This document shows, one piece after another, positions 30,387 to 40,629 of a DNA stretch of 64,000 bases. The notes below the pieces were generated by a model. It ran no database searches. It was given only the letters and a program-made list of their open reading frames with translations, and was not told where the DNA came from. The stretch lies in IMG/VR virus record IMGVR_UViG_3300008262_000056. One strand, written 5' to 3'. The DNA comes from an uncultured virus (IMG/VR IMGVR_UViG_3300008262_000056) (lineage: Duplodnaviria; Heunggongvirae; Uroviricota; Caudoviricetes). Position 1 is the first letter of the stretch, and each line of letters starts with the position of its first letter. Position numbers and translations under genes: made by a program.

Positions 30387-32582
30387 TTAGATGGGGCAAA
30401 TGATCTTTTCTCTATCTTTAGATTTGACAGTCAAAGTGGTAGACTCTAAGGTGTTTTTGTCTTTGAAAAAGAATCCATTAATTTTGTCGTATTCAGGTTT
30501 TATTCTAAATCTTATTGATAATCTTTTTTCATCACAACCTCGTTGACCTTTGTTGGACCAATATAAATCTATATATTCAATAGGAACAATTAAGTCACCT
30601 TCATAAATTATACCTGACATTTTGCTTTTAACCTTATTTAAGTACTCCTCAGCTGAAGGTTTACTATTTAACCAAGTGTATAATTTATCTATCAATTCAT
30701 TATATAATTTTATGTATATTGGTTTTTCACTTGATAATGAAGATTGTTTAAATATAGAAAAGAACTCAGACAAATAACTATCAATGAATGGGTCCATTTT
30801 TTTAACCTCAAAAAGTGAATTAGTAGGAAATATTGTATTACCATCCTCATCTTTTAGTTCTTGTTTAGTTATTAAATCCGCTTTGATATAATAACTACCA
30901 CTTTTGAATGACTTAGATAAACAAGAAGTTATTTGAAAAAAAGTATAGTTTAAACTTTCAGTACCTGAATGGATTTTTTTCAAAAGGTCAATTAATGTTT
31001 CTTTTGCATCATCAGAACACTTATAATTCAATTGTAGTTTTGTTTGGTTTTTTTCAAAATAATCACCAACAAATCTATCTTCATATTTACTGTGTTCTTT
31101 TTGTCTTGCATATGCTAACAATCCTTCAATATCATTTGGTATTGTTGTTACGTACCTTTGTTTATTTAGTATTTTTTTAACTTGGTCATCCTCAAATTCT
31201 TTATCAACAATGAAGTCCGATACTAATTCTAAAAAGTTTACAGTTCTATTTGTGTCTTGGAGAGCCAATTGAATTATCACAGGAAATGTACCGACATTTT
31301 TTTTGCCAAAAAATTGGTCTAGTATAAAAATTGATCTTTCTAATTCATGAATCAAATATTGATCTTCTAAACCATCTCTAAAATTTTTTAATTGACAATA
31401 TGGTGATTTTTCAGATTTTGATTGTACACATAAATAATCTATTTTAGAACTTCTTCTAAGAGCAATTTCATTTATTTCTTCAGATTCATTAAGTTTTTTT
31501 TTTGATGTTCTACTCACAAATAAATCATTAACAAATTCCCAATTAACAACATCCCAAAACTTTTTAATATATTCATCACGTTTGTTTTGATATTTCAAAT
31601 AGTAAGCGTGTTCCCAAACGTCCAAACCTAACAGAGGATACCCACCTTTTTTAACTATGTTCATCAATGGATTATCTTGATTTGGTGTAGACATAATCTT
31701 CAAATTACCTTCACTGTTAAGATACAACCAAGCCCATCCTGAACCAAAACGATCCTGAGCGGCTTTGTTAAACTCATCCTTCATTTTTTTTATGTTACCA
31801 AAATCTTTTTTAATTTTTTTCAAAATTTCTCCTCTTGGGAGTTGTTTTTTTGGGGACAACATCTTCCAAAATAATGCATGATTAAATGCTCCACCAGCAT
31901 TATTTCTAACCTTATTGTCAAATTTACTTATAGTTCTTACAATATCCTCTAACTCCAAATCACCATCAATGTCTTTGATTGCTTTATTCAATTTATCAAC
32001 ATATCCTTTGTAGTGTTTATTGTAATGAATATTCATAGTTTTTGAATCTATAAATCTATTCAAAGAAGAATATGAGTAAGGTAACTTTTCAATACCAATT
32101 GATTTCATTTCAGAAATCAAATTTTTTTTGATTAATTGTTTTTCGTTTAATAAAATTTGTTCAGATAGAAGACTAACTTTTCCTTCGATTCCTTTATGTT
32201 CATACATCAGTTCTTCAAGTTCAGGATATTTTTTTTCAAATTTTTTAACAATCTGTCCCGCAAATGCATTTGCTTCGTCTTCATTAATACCACCAATGTT
32301 AGGTCCGTGTTCTCTACCAAGAATTGTCATTTGATATTCATGAACCCATTCATGGGCTAATGTTCTCATGATGTCACGATTTAATCTTCCTTTAGCAAGA
32401 ACTTTAATTAGGTGATCACCTCTTCTACTACCTGTAGACATCTCACCTTTTCTACCATTTAAAAACATAATTTTTAAATCATTTTTAAGTGGGTATTCTT
32501 CTTGTAGTAAAGAAATAAACTTTTTAACAAAGTCTTTTCGATTTTTAATATCGGGATTTTCGTATTTGATAGAAACTTTCAT
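30387..32582 (-). CDS. sod: Fusion: HExxH metallopeptidase-like domain + Fe/Mn superoxide dismutase + unknown C-domain
   Basis: RTLAHEWVHE; LPYSYSSL..HYNKHYKGY, FNHALFW, FGSGWAWL, NQDNP and DVWEHAYYLKYQN. Confidence 0.85.
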   Translation of the reverse strand: MKVSIKYENPDIKNRKDFVKKFISLLQEEYPLKNDLKIMFLNGRKGEMSTGSRRGDHLIKVLAKGRLNRDIMRTLAHEWVHEYQMTILGREHGPNIGGINEDEANAFAGQIVKKFEKKYPELEELMYEHKGIEGKVSLLSEQILLNEKQLIKKNLISEMKSIGIEKLPYSYSSLNRFIDSKTMNIHYNKHYKGYVDKLNKAIKDIDGDLELEDIVRTISKFDNKVRNNAGGAFNHALFWKMLSPKKQLPRGEILKKIKKDFGNIKKMKDEFNKAAQDRFGSGWAWLYLNSEGNLKIMSTPNQDNPLMNIVKKGGYPLLGLDVWEHAYYLKYQNKRDEYIKKFWDVVNWEFVNDLFVSRTSKKKLNESEEINEIALRRSSKIDYLCVQSKSEKSPYCQLKNFRDGLEDQYLIHELERSIFILDQFFGKKNVGTFPVIIQLALQDTNRTVNFLELVSDFIVDKEFEDDQVKKILNKQRYVTTIPNDIEGLLAYARQKEHSKYEDRFVGDYFEKNQTKLQLNYKCSDDAKETLIDLLKKIHSGTESLNYTFFQITSCLSKSFKSGSYYIKADLITKQELKDEDGNTIFPTNSLFEVKKMDPFIDSYLSEFFSIFKQSSLSSEKPIYIKLYNELIDKLYTWLNSKPSAEEYLNKVKSKMSGIIYEGDLIVPIEYIDLYWSNKGQRGCDEKRLSIRFRIKPEYDKINGFFFKDKNTLESTTLTVKSKDREKIICPI

Positions 32583-32611
32583 CTTTGATAAATATTATAC
32601 TGATCAAAAGA

Positions 32612-34378
32612 TTATCGTCTATTGTTAATTAGGTTTAATATTTCTTCAACAATGTCACCTGTGTTTTCTACAATACCATCACCCATTACGGTTCTAATGA
32701 TTTCTTTTTTACGATTAAGGATGTCATAAATTGCACCTTCAATCGTATTTTCAAACAGTGGATAATAAACCAATACGTTTGATTTCTGACCATATCGATA
32801 AGCTCTATCTTCAGCTTGGGCGTGTTCTGCAGGAACAAAAGATAAATCGTTCATAATCACAGCTTCTGCAGATGTTAAAGTTAAACCAACTCCTGCCGCT
32901 TTTAGGTTACCAACAAAAACTTTGACTTTATCGTCATTTTGAAATTGGTCGACAGCTTGTTGACGAATTGCATTAGAACAACTACCATCGAGATAAACCG
33001 CTTGTTTTTCAAAATGTTGGTATATGGTTTGGAGTGTGTCTGTAAAGTTTGTGAATATTATAACTTTCTTACCTTGATCAATGATATTTTCAGCAAACTC
33101 AATTGTTTGTTTTGTTTTTTCATTCGCAATTACTTTTCTAACTTTCATTAGTTTAGAAAACTGAACCGTTAAAGATGAAGACTCATCGGGGTTTTTATCA
33201 TACCAATCAAAATATTCACCCATTAAATCCTCATACTCTTTTGATTTTAATCTTAGGTAAACAGGAGTGATAATTTTATCTGGTAAGTCTAAAACATCTT
33301 CTTTTAATCTACGAAGAATTTGTTTTGATGTCCTATCTCTTAATTCTTCAAGATTAGATGCACCTGAAACATTCCACACTTTTCTTTTACCTGCTGTAAA
33401 TTGAAACCCTTGACAATACCTAATCGCATAAGCCTTCCAATTCTGAGCAACAGAACTTTCAATTAGATTTAACAAATTATAATAATTCATTGGTCGAGAA
33501 GTCATTGGTGTTCCTGTTAACAACCAAACTCTATCTATTTTTTTTGCAAAACTATTAATAATCTTTGTTCTTTGTGCCTGAACATTTGATATCATGTGAG
33601 CTTCATCTAAGATTACCAAATCAAATCCACTTTTTAATAATAGAGACTCATCCTTTTTTTTCGGATCTGAGTCGTGAAAATTTTTAAGAATGTCATAATT
33701 AACAATGACAAAATCATCTTCAGTTGAAAATTTTTTACCTTCCGCAATAAAAACAGGTCTATCTGAATAATTTGCAATTTCTCTTTGCCAATTTATTTTT
33801 AAAGATGCGGGACAAACAATTAATATTTTTTTTGCACCTGTCTCTAATGCTGCAATAATAGTTGAGGTTGTTTTACCAAGACCCATATCATCAGCAAGAA
33901 TAAATCTTTTTGATCCTGCTAATTTTTCGATTGCAATTTTTTGATGATCAAGCGGAGGACGATGGGAATATTTCGAATAATCAATACTAACAGACTGTAC
34001 ATTATGTGTTTTAATTAAAGCCGATTTTGGAATCCAAAATTCGGATAGTTTATCCTTCTCAAAAAACTTACCCCAAACGTGATAAGACTTTTCCTTCTCA
34101 ACCAAAAGCTTTTCAATAAAAATTTCCTTTGGTACCTCAATAAGATATTTTTCTTCAGCAAACTTTTTGGCAAAGTAGTTGTCTAACTCGACCCATTTAC
34201 GAGCAATCTTAGGCGTTGAGTCGTAATATGTTGTAATATATTCGGATTGACTTCTAGTGGGATAAAATTTACTAGAAACTTCTTTTTTATGTTTTAGATA
34301 TAGTATATAATTATTCGCACCACTATAACTTTCGAGCAACTCTAATGCTTTATGTTCTATCAGTGTTTTTGTTTCCAA
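32612..34378 (-). CDS. SNF2-family (SMARCAL1/HARP-like) helicase/ATPase
   Basis: DDMGLGKT, LDEAH, LTGTP, AAGVGLTL and QAEDRAYRYGQ; TTG start. Confidence 0.9.
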   Translation of the reverse strand: METKTLIEHKALELLESYSGANNYILYLKHKKEVSSKFYPTRSQSEYITTYYDSTPKIARKWVELDNYFAKKFAEEKYLIEVPKEIFIEKLLVEKEKSYHVWGKFFEKDKLSEFWIPKSALIKTHNVQSVSIDYSKYSHRPPLDHQKIAIEKLAGSKRFILADDMGLGKTTSTIIAALETGAKKILIVCPASLKINWQREIANYSDRPVFIAEGKKFSTEDDFVIVNYDILKNFHDSDPKKKDESLLLKSGFDLVILDEAHMISNVQAQRTKIINSFAKKIDRVWLLTGTPMTSRPMNYYNLLNLIESSVAQNWKAYAIRYCQGFQFTAGKRKVWNVSGASNLEELRDRTSKQILRRLKEDVLDLPDKIITPVYLRLKSKEYEDLMGEYFDWYDKNPDESSSLTVQFSKLMKVRKVIANEKTKQTIEFAENIIDQGKKVIIFTNFTDTLQTIYQHFEKQAVYLDGSCSNAIRQQAVDQFQNDDKVKVFVGNLKAAGVGLTLTSAEAVIMNDLSFVPAEHAQAEDRAYRYGQKSNVLVYYPLFENTIEGAIYDILNRKKEIIRTVMGDGIVENTGDIVEEILNLINNRR

Positions 34379-34434
34379 TTAATCTTTTTTAAAAAAATAC
34401 TAATAAAAAAGATATTTATCAATAAAATCGTATT

Positions 34435-34947
34435 ATGAGAAGTAATGTTCCTATTACAAGATTCGGTAAATTCTTTGGAGATCGTGATTTCGAACTAGAA
34501 ATTGGTATGGGTCAAGAATGGTTAATTGGTGACATGAACTTCACTTGTGTACTATATAGAGTAGACAAAAACAAAATAAAAACTGATGACGTATATGGTG
34601 AAGCGGTAACTGACGGAATTAAATTTTTACCACCTGTGGAGTTTAATGCTTATGTTGGTATTGCAGCCCCTGAAAACAAAATGATTGGTTCTACTCGTAT
34701 GGATCAATTTGAACCAGGTAATATAACAATGTCCGTTTACATGAAAACTCTTGAAGATTTAGATATTGAAATAGATTTTGGTGATTATGTGGGATACTAC
34801 GATAGTGAAAATTTTGTAAGATACTATACTGTTGTTAACGATGGTCGTGTGACTTCAGATATAAAACATACCTATAAGGGGTTCAAGCCCTTTTATAGAA
34901 CAATAATTGCGGCTCCTGTTGGACCAAATGAATTCAGAGGACTATAA
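34435..34947 (+). CDS. Putative neck/head-closure protein (T4 gp14-like)
   Basis: DDVYGEA motif, size, and position before the tail terminator and sheath. Confidence 0.5.
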   Translation: MRSNVPITRFGKFFGDRDFELEIGMGQEWLIGDMNFTCVLYRVDKNKIKTDDVYGEAVTDGIKFLPPVEFNAYVGIAAPENKMIGSTRMDQFEPGNITMSVYMKTLEDLDIEIDFGDYVGYYDSENFVRYYTVVNDGRVTSDIKHTYKGFKPFYRTIIAAPVGPNEFRGL

Positions 34948-35990
34948 TGGCTTTACCAAAAAAACACCCAATAAAACCGGCAATACCTTTAACGTATCCT
35001 AAAACTCTTTTACCAAGAAGAGAAGAGATAAAAGACATGATCACTAAGGATGGTACATACCTTCCTAAGTCATTATTACATGCCGATTTAGATGGTGGTT
35101 TTTTAGAATTTGTTAAAAATACTTTAAAAATTTCATCAGAAGGAAAAACAGTTCCTGTTGCCGATATTCTAATAACAACACAAAACTGGTCACAGTTTGT
35201 TGAAACATGGGACTTTCAAAATATTGATAAGAACATTGAACCTCCATTCATTACGGTAATTAGAAATCCTGAAGTAAAATACGGAAATAATCCTGCGGTA
35301 ATGTACAATATACCAAACAGGAGAATGTATTATTATATGGAGGTTCCTACTTGGGATGGAAATAGAGTTGGTGCTGACATTTATAAAATACCACAACCTG
35401 TACCTGCAGATTTTAAATATACAGTGGCGATTGTGTGTAATAGAATGAGAGAATTAAACTCATTTAATAAAAAAGTTTTAGAGACTTTCGCATCAAGACA
35501 AGCATATCAAGTTATTAAAGGACATTACATTCCAATTATAAATGATAGTATGACCGATGAATCAGTTTTAGATTTAGAAAAAAGAAAATACTACATTCAA
35601 AAATACGAATTTACAATGATGGGGTTCTTAATTGATGAGGATGAATTTGAAGTTTTTCCTGCATTATCAAGAACATTTCAAATGTATGAGGTTGATCAAA
35701 GACCTGTTAAGAGACATCAGAAAAAACAAACACCAGTACAACCAGAAACAATACGTTTGATATATCCTGTAGATAATTTGTCTCAAGAATACTTTTTTGA
35801 ATACACGTGTGATTTGAATTTTGATATCTCAGATAATTTAGAAAGTTATTCTGTATACATAAATGACCAATATTATGGTGATAATGTTGATAGAATTCAA
35901 ATCAATACTAACGACACATTGAGAATTGATGTTGTCAAACAAGTAAGTGCCGCCGAATCTTCATTAGCGTTCACACAATTCTTAGTTTAA
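34947..35990 (+). CDS. Putative tail terminator/sheath stabilizer (gp15-like)
   Basis: PQPVPADFKYTV motif; position upstream of the sheath. Confidence 0.45.
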   Translation: MALPKKHPIKPAIPLTYPKTLLPRREEIKDMITKDGTYLPKSLLHADLDGGFLEFVKNTLKISSEGKTVPVADILITTQNWSQFVETWDFQNIDKNIEPPFITVIRNPEVKYGNNPAVMYNIPNRRMYYYMEVPTWDGNRVGADIYKIPQPVPADFKYTVAIVCNRMRELNSFNKKVLETFASRQAYQVIKGHYIPIINDSMTDESVLDLEKRKYYIQKYEFTMMGFLIDEDEFEVFPALSRTFQMYEVDQRPVKRHQKKQTPVQPETIRLIYPVDNLSQEYFFEYTCDLNFDISDNLESYSVYINDQYYGDNVDRIQINTNDTLRIDVVKQVSAAESSLAFTQFLV

Positions 35991-36148
35991 CTTTCCCCGT
36001 ATATATCTTTCTTTTCCTTACATTTTTCAACTATAAGGTTTTCTAAAAATTTATACATTTTAATACCTCTCTTATCGCAATATTTTTTCAGGACATCGTG
36101 TACTTCAACATCAATTTTTAAGTTTTTTATCTTCTTAGGTTCTTTCAT
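35987..36148 (-). CDS. Small ribbon-helix-helix-like DNA-binding protein
   Basis: MKEPKKIKNLKIDVEVHDVLKKYCDKRGIKMYKFLENLI follows a strand-helix-helix pattern; ATG at 36148. Confidence 0.6.
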   Translation of the reverse strand: MKEPKKIKNLKIDVEVHDVLKKYCDKRGIKMYKFLENLIVEKCKEKKDIYGES

Positions 36149-36272
36149 AACGGTAGGTAGAAAAAAGGCAGAATAAAATCTTACCAAAATATAAATAGTT
36201 TGCACAATGTAAAGTTTTTACTAAAAACTCGAATATTTATAGGTAAAATAAATAAGTAAAGACATTTTAAAC

Positions 36273-39200
36273 ATGGCAACAAACAGTAAAGTTTTCGTTT
36301 CACCTGGTGTTTATACTTCTGAAGTAGATTTGAGCTTTGTTGCTCAAAGCGTCGGGGTAACAACATTAGGTATCGTAGGTGAAACTTTGATAGGTCCAGC
36401 TTTTGAACCGATTTTTATTACAAATTTTGATGAATTCCAAACAGTATTTGGAGGTACTTCACCAGAAAAATTTGTTAATACCCAAATTCCAAAGTATGAA
36501 GCGGCTTACATTGCAAAAGCATATCTACAACAATCCAATCAATTATTCGTAACAAGAATCTTAGGATTATCAGGTTACGATGCAGGACCATCTTGGTCAA
36601 TAACTACGGTTGCTAACGTAGATCCATCAACAATTGGTGTTTGGTGTCTAAGTTCAGTAACTAATTCGGCAACTTGTGTTACAACATGTGTAGTTCCAAA
36701 AGAACTCACATTTACAGTTCCGTTTACTGCTTGTACTAATTCAACAACAACAATAGGTTTCCAAGGAAGCTTCCCTTCAATTATTCAAGACATAATTACA
36801 GAACAATATGAAGAGTTTAACGGAGATACTTCTACATTAGAAACTCAAATTAATAATTTAATTTTTGATGTTATCACAAGTAACAATCCTTATCTTGCGG
36901 AAGATGAACAAATTGCTTACTTTGGTTCTATTGCTACTGACGACTATAACACATTAAATGGTGCTGGTTGGACAGCGGGAACTAATGTATTTAATGTTCC
37001 ATCTGTATCGTTTGATGCCACTGATTTAACTTCTCCTTTGAATGATTCTTGGTACTATGCGTTATTTACAAATACAGGTAATACAAATTACTCAGGATAT
37101 TCATTCTCTACTTTGGTGTCAGGTTTAACGGCTTATTATCCAAACCCAACTCCTACACCACAAGCATCATCATCACCAACACCTACACCATCGGCAGCTA
37201 ATCCTTGTATTACACCGTCACCTTTTGTGTCACCTACACCTACTCCTACACCTGTTAATATTGATTGTTATTCAGGAACTATTGTTGGTAAAATTTATTA
37301 CTACACAGGGACATCATATGTTGATTACGATAATGTAGTTGTTGCAACTTTAAGATCAAGAGGTATTGCAACTTATACAAACTCAACTAACCCAGCATAC
37401 TCAGTAACGGCAACAACAGATGCTAGTTTAGATATGACAGGAAAATATGCTGGAGTTCTTAAAAACCCATACTTGACATTTGCGGTTAATTGTACTGATA
37501 AATTTGGTCAAAACTTTACGTTTGAAACTTCTTTAACTCAAAATGATCCTGAGTATATTAGTAAAGTGTTTGGGATTGCAAACTTCCAAAAACCAAGAAT
37601 TGAAGTTCCATTATTTAATGAGGAAGTATTCCAATCTTGGTTAAACTACTCTTGGAAAAAAGGATACGTTAGAGGTTTAAATCCAAACTTTATTGAATTA
37701 GACTCTGCTCAAAGTGGTGACCCTAACTCAATTGGATGGTATTTGGACAGATATCAAACGCCTAATTCTCCTTGGGTTGTATCAGAATTAAGAGGTAATA
37801 AAGTTTATGACCTATTCAGGTTCTACACAATTTCTGATGGTGATGCCGCTAACACGTTAATTAAAGTTTCACTTATCAATCAAACTTATAACAACTTAAC
37901 GTTTGATGTATTGATTCGTGACTATTTTGATACTGATGCAAACCCTGTAGTTCTTGAGAAATTTACAAACTGTACAATGGATCCAGGACAAAACAACTTT
38001 ATTGCAAATAAAATTGGTACATTGGATGGAGAATACGCACTGAATTCTAAATACGTAATGGTTGAAATGAACGAGGATGCCCCAATTGACGCACTTCCTT
38101 GTGGATTCAACGGATTTAACTTCAGAAATTATGCAGGAGCTCAATCACCATTCCCAATTATTAAAGGTAAATATGATTTCCCTGGCGAAGTAATTTATAA
38201 CCCACCATTTGGTTTGTCTTCAGGTAATGATGATGCGTTGGTAAGTCCGGGAGATAATGTTAGAAGAACATACTTAGGTATATCTAACAATTTAGGATGG
38301 GATGCCGCTTACTTCGAATACGTTGGTAAGAGAAATCCTAATAATACTTGTGATATTGATGGTTTACCATTCAACTACAGATCTGCAGGTTTCCACATGG
38401 ACGTAAATGCAAGTGGTTTAACAATCGGGCCTGAGTTCTCGACGAGTGGTGACCCAAGATTTATCTGTGGTAACTCACCATTCATCACTGAACCTGAACT
38501 TCCAACAAACGCATACTATAGATTGTTCGCACGTAAATTCACATTCTTAGTACAAGGTGGATTTGACGGATGGGATATCTACAGAGAATGGAGAACTAAC
38601 GAAGATAGATTCCAAATCGGTAGAACAGGATTCCTATTCGGAGCTTGTCCATCTACAAGATACCCACAAGCAACAGGTTGGGGAGCGTTTAAAGAAATTT
38701 CTTTAGGTGACGGAACTCAGAATTGGGCAAATACCGACTACTATGCATACTTGTTAGGTCAACAAACATTTGCAAACCCTGAGGCGGTTAACATTAACGT
38801 GTTTGTAACACCGGGTATTGATTATGTAAATAACAGTAACCTTGTAGAAGATGCGGTTAATATGATTGAATTCAACAGAGCGGACTCATTATACATTTGT
38901 ACAACTCCTGACGTTGATATGTATGTTGCAACTACAACAGGGATTGATGTATTTATCTACCCAACAGAAGCAGTTGACAACTTAGAGAATACAGGAATTG
39001 ACTCTAACTACACGGCTACTTACTATCCGTGGGTATTGACAAGAGATAGTGTAAATAACACTCAAATCTATATCCCACCAACAGCTGAAGTAACAAGAAA
39101 CTTAGCGTTGACAGATAACATCGCGTTCCCTTGGTTCGCTGCGGCGGGTTACACTCGTGGTATTGTTAACTGTATTAAAGCTCGTAAGAAGTTAACTCAA

Positions 39201-39623
39201 GAAGATAGAGACATCCTTTACGTAGGTAGACTTAACCCAATCGCAACCTTCTCTGATGTCGGTACCGTAATTTGGGGTAACAAAACTCTACAAGTAAGAG
39301 AATCGGCTCTTGACAGAATCAACGTTAGAAGATTGTTGTTACAAGCTCGTAAATTGATTTCAGCAGTTTCTGTAAGACTATTGTTTGAACAAAACGACTC
39401 ACAAGTAAGACAAGACTTCTTAAATGCTGTTAACCCAATCTTAGATGCAATCAGAAGAGATCGTGGTTTATATGACTTCCGAGTTACAGTTTCTTCAGAT
39501 CCTGAGGATTTAGATAGAAACCAAATGACAGGTAAGATTTATATCAAACCAACAAGATCACTTGAATTTATCGACATTACATTCTATATCACTCCAACAG
39601 GAGCATCGTTTGAGAATATATAA
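36273..39623 (+). CDS. gp18: Contractile tail sheath protein
   Basis: FVSPGVYTSEVD N-terminus; PWFAAAGYTRG, WGNKTLQ, LDRINVRRL and IKPTRSLEFI C-terminus. Confidence 0.93.
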   Translation: MATNSKVFVSPGVYTSEVDLSFVAQSVGVTTLGIVGETLIGPAFEPIFITNFDEFQTVFGGTSPEKFVNTQIPKYEAAYIAKAYLQQSNQLFVTRILGLSGYDAGPSWSITTVANVDPSTIGVWCLSSVTNSATCVTTCVVPKELTFTVPFTACTNSTTTIGFQGSFPSIIQDIITEQYEEFNGDTSTLETQINNLIFDVITSNNPYLAEDEQIAYFGSIATDDYNTLNGAGWTAGTNVFNVPSVSFDATDLTSPLNDSWYYALFTNTGNTNYSGYSFSTLVSGLTAYYPNPTPTPQASSSPTPTPSAANPCITPSPFVSPTPTPTPVNIDCYSGTIVGKIYYYTGTSYVDYDNVVVATLRSRGIATYTNSTNPAYSVTATTDASLDMTGKYAGVLKNPYLTFAVNCTDKFGQNFTFETSLTQNDPEYISKVFGIANFQKPRIEVPLFNEEVFQSWLNYSWKKGYVRGLNPNFIELDSAQSGDPNSIGWYLDRYQTPNSPWVVSELRGNKVYDLFRFYTISDGDAANTLIKVSLINQTYNNLTFDVLIRDYFDTDANPVVLEKFTNCTMDPGQNNFIANKIGTLDGEYALNSKYVMVEMNEDAPIDALPCGFNGFNFRNYAGAQSPFPIIKGKYDFPGEVIYNPPFGLSSGNDDALVSPGDNVRRTYLGISNNLGWDAAYFEYVGKRNPNNTCDIDGLPFNYRSAGFHMDVNASGLTIGPEFSTSGDPRFICGNSPFITEPELPTNAYYRLFARKFTFLVQGGFDGWDIYREWRTNEDRFQIGRTGFLFGACPSTRYPQATGWGAFKEISLGDGTQNWANTDYYAYLLGQQTFANPEAVNINVFVTPGIDYVNNSNLVEDAVNMIEFNRADSLYICTTPDVDMYVATTTGIDVFIYPTEAVDNLENTGIDSNYTATYYPWVLTRDSVNNTQIYIPPTAEVTRNLALTDNIAFPWFAAAGYTRGIVNCIKARKKLTQEDRDILYVGRLNPIATFSDVGTVIWGNKTLQVRESALDRINVRRLLLQARKLISAVSVRLLFEQNDSQVRQDFLNAVNPILDAIRRDRGLYDFRVTVSSDPEDLDRNQMTGKIYIKPTRSLEFIDITFYITPTGASFENI

Positions 39624-39642
39624 GTTGGTTTATTATTCATAC

Positions 39643-39669
39643 AAAGGGGGACGAAAGTTCCCCTTTTTT
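39643..39669 (+). terminator. Intrinsic terminator after the sheath gene
   Basis: AAAGGGGGAC-GAAA-GTTCCCCTTT stem-loop followed by a T run. Confidence 0.85.
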
Positions 39670-39690
39670 ATTTAAGAGATATTTATTAAT

Positions 39691-40521
39691 ATGAATTACA
39701 AAAAATTTGTTAAAGAAATTTTATCTGAAATCATTCACGATCAGATGAAACCCACAATGAAGTATTATGCTTTTGACTGGGATGATAACCTTATGTATAT
39801 GCCAACAAAAATTTATCTTGTAGATGATAAAGGTAAAACTGTTGGTATGTCTACGGAAGATTTTGCGGAGTATAGAACTGATATTGGTAAAGAACCGTTC
39901 AAATATGAGGGTCACACTATTGTAGATTTTGATAAGGATGCCTTCAGAGACTTTAAAGTACCAGGTGACAAGGCTTTCATTAGTGATGCTATGAAAGCAG
40001 AAACAGGTCCTGCATGGAGTGACTTTGTTGAGGCGGTTAATAATGGGTCTATTTTTGCAATCATCACAGCAAGAGGACACACCCCTTCGGTTCTTAAAAA
40101 TGCGATTTATAATCTAATTAAGAAAAACAAACACGGATTAAGTGAAAAAGAACTTGTTAAAAATCTTAAAAAATATAGAGATTTGGCAGATGAAGAAGAA
40201 TTGTCGGATGATGAATTGGTAAGAGTATATTTAGATATGAACAAATATCATCCTGTAAGTTTCGGTGAAGGTTCTGCTGCGAATCCTGAAGAACTTAAAG
40301 TAAAAGCAATGAGTGAGTTTATGAGATACGTTCAAGAACTTTCAAGGAAACTACAAGAAAAAGCTTTTATGAAAAATAAAATAAGTAATTATTTTGTACC
40401 TTATATTGGGTTTTCAGATGATGATTTAAGAAACGTTCAAGCAATGAAGAAACATTTTGATGATGAATCTGGATTAGATATTTATCATACAGGAGGAGGT
40501 AAAAAAACTAAATTTGAATAA
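39691..40521 (+). CDS. HAD-superfamily phosphatase-like protein
   Basis: FDWDDN (motif I), ITARG (motif II) and FSDDD (motif IV). Confidence 0.65.
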   Translation: MNYKKFVKEILSEIIHDQMKPTMKYYAFDWDDNLMYMPTKIYLVDDKGKTVGMSTEDFAEYRTDIGKEPFKYEGHTIVDFDKDAFRDFKVPGDKAFISDAMKAETGPAWSDFVEAVNNGSIFAIITARGHTPSVLKNAIYNLIKKNKHGLSEKELVKNLKKYRDLADEEELSDDELVRVYLDMNKYHPVSFGEGSAANPEELKVKAMSEFMRYVQELSRKLQEKAFMKNKISNYFVPYIGFSDDDLRNVQAMKKHFDDESGLDIYHTGGGKKTKFE

Positions 40522-40629
40522 TAACTGGGACTAGTTAAGATATAATTTGAAAAATAATTGAAGTAAATAGAAAAATTTTTATTTCATAGTATTTATAATA
40601 AAAATAAAACAAAATTTAAACAATAAGAT

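Noticed and set aside
36149..36205. Longer start for the small minus-strand gene given in the ORF track
   Set aside because: The extension spans the TATTTAT motif; ATG at 36148 gives a compact RHH-like protein.
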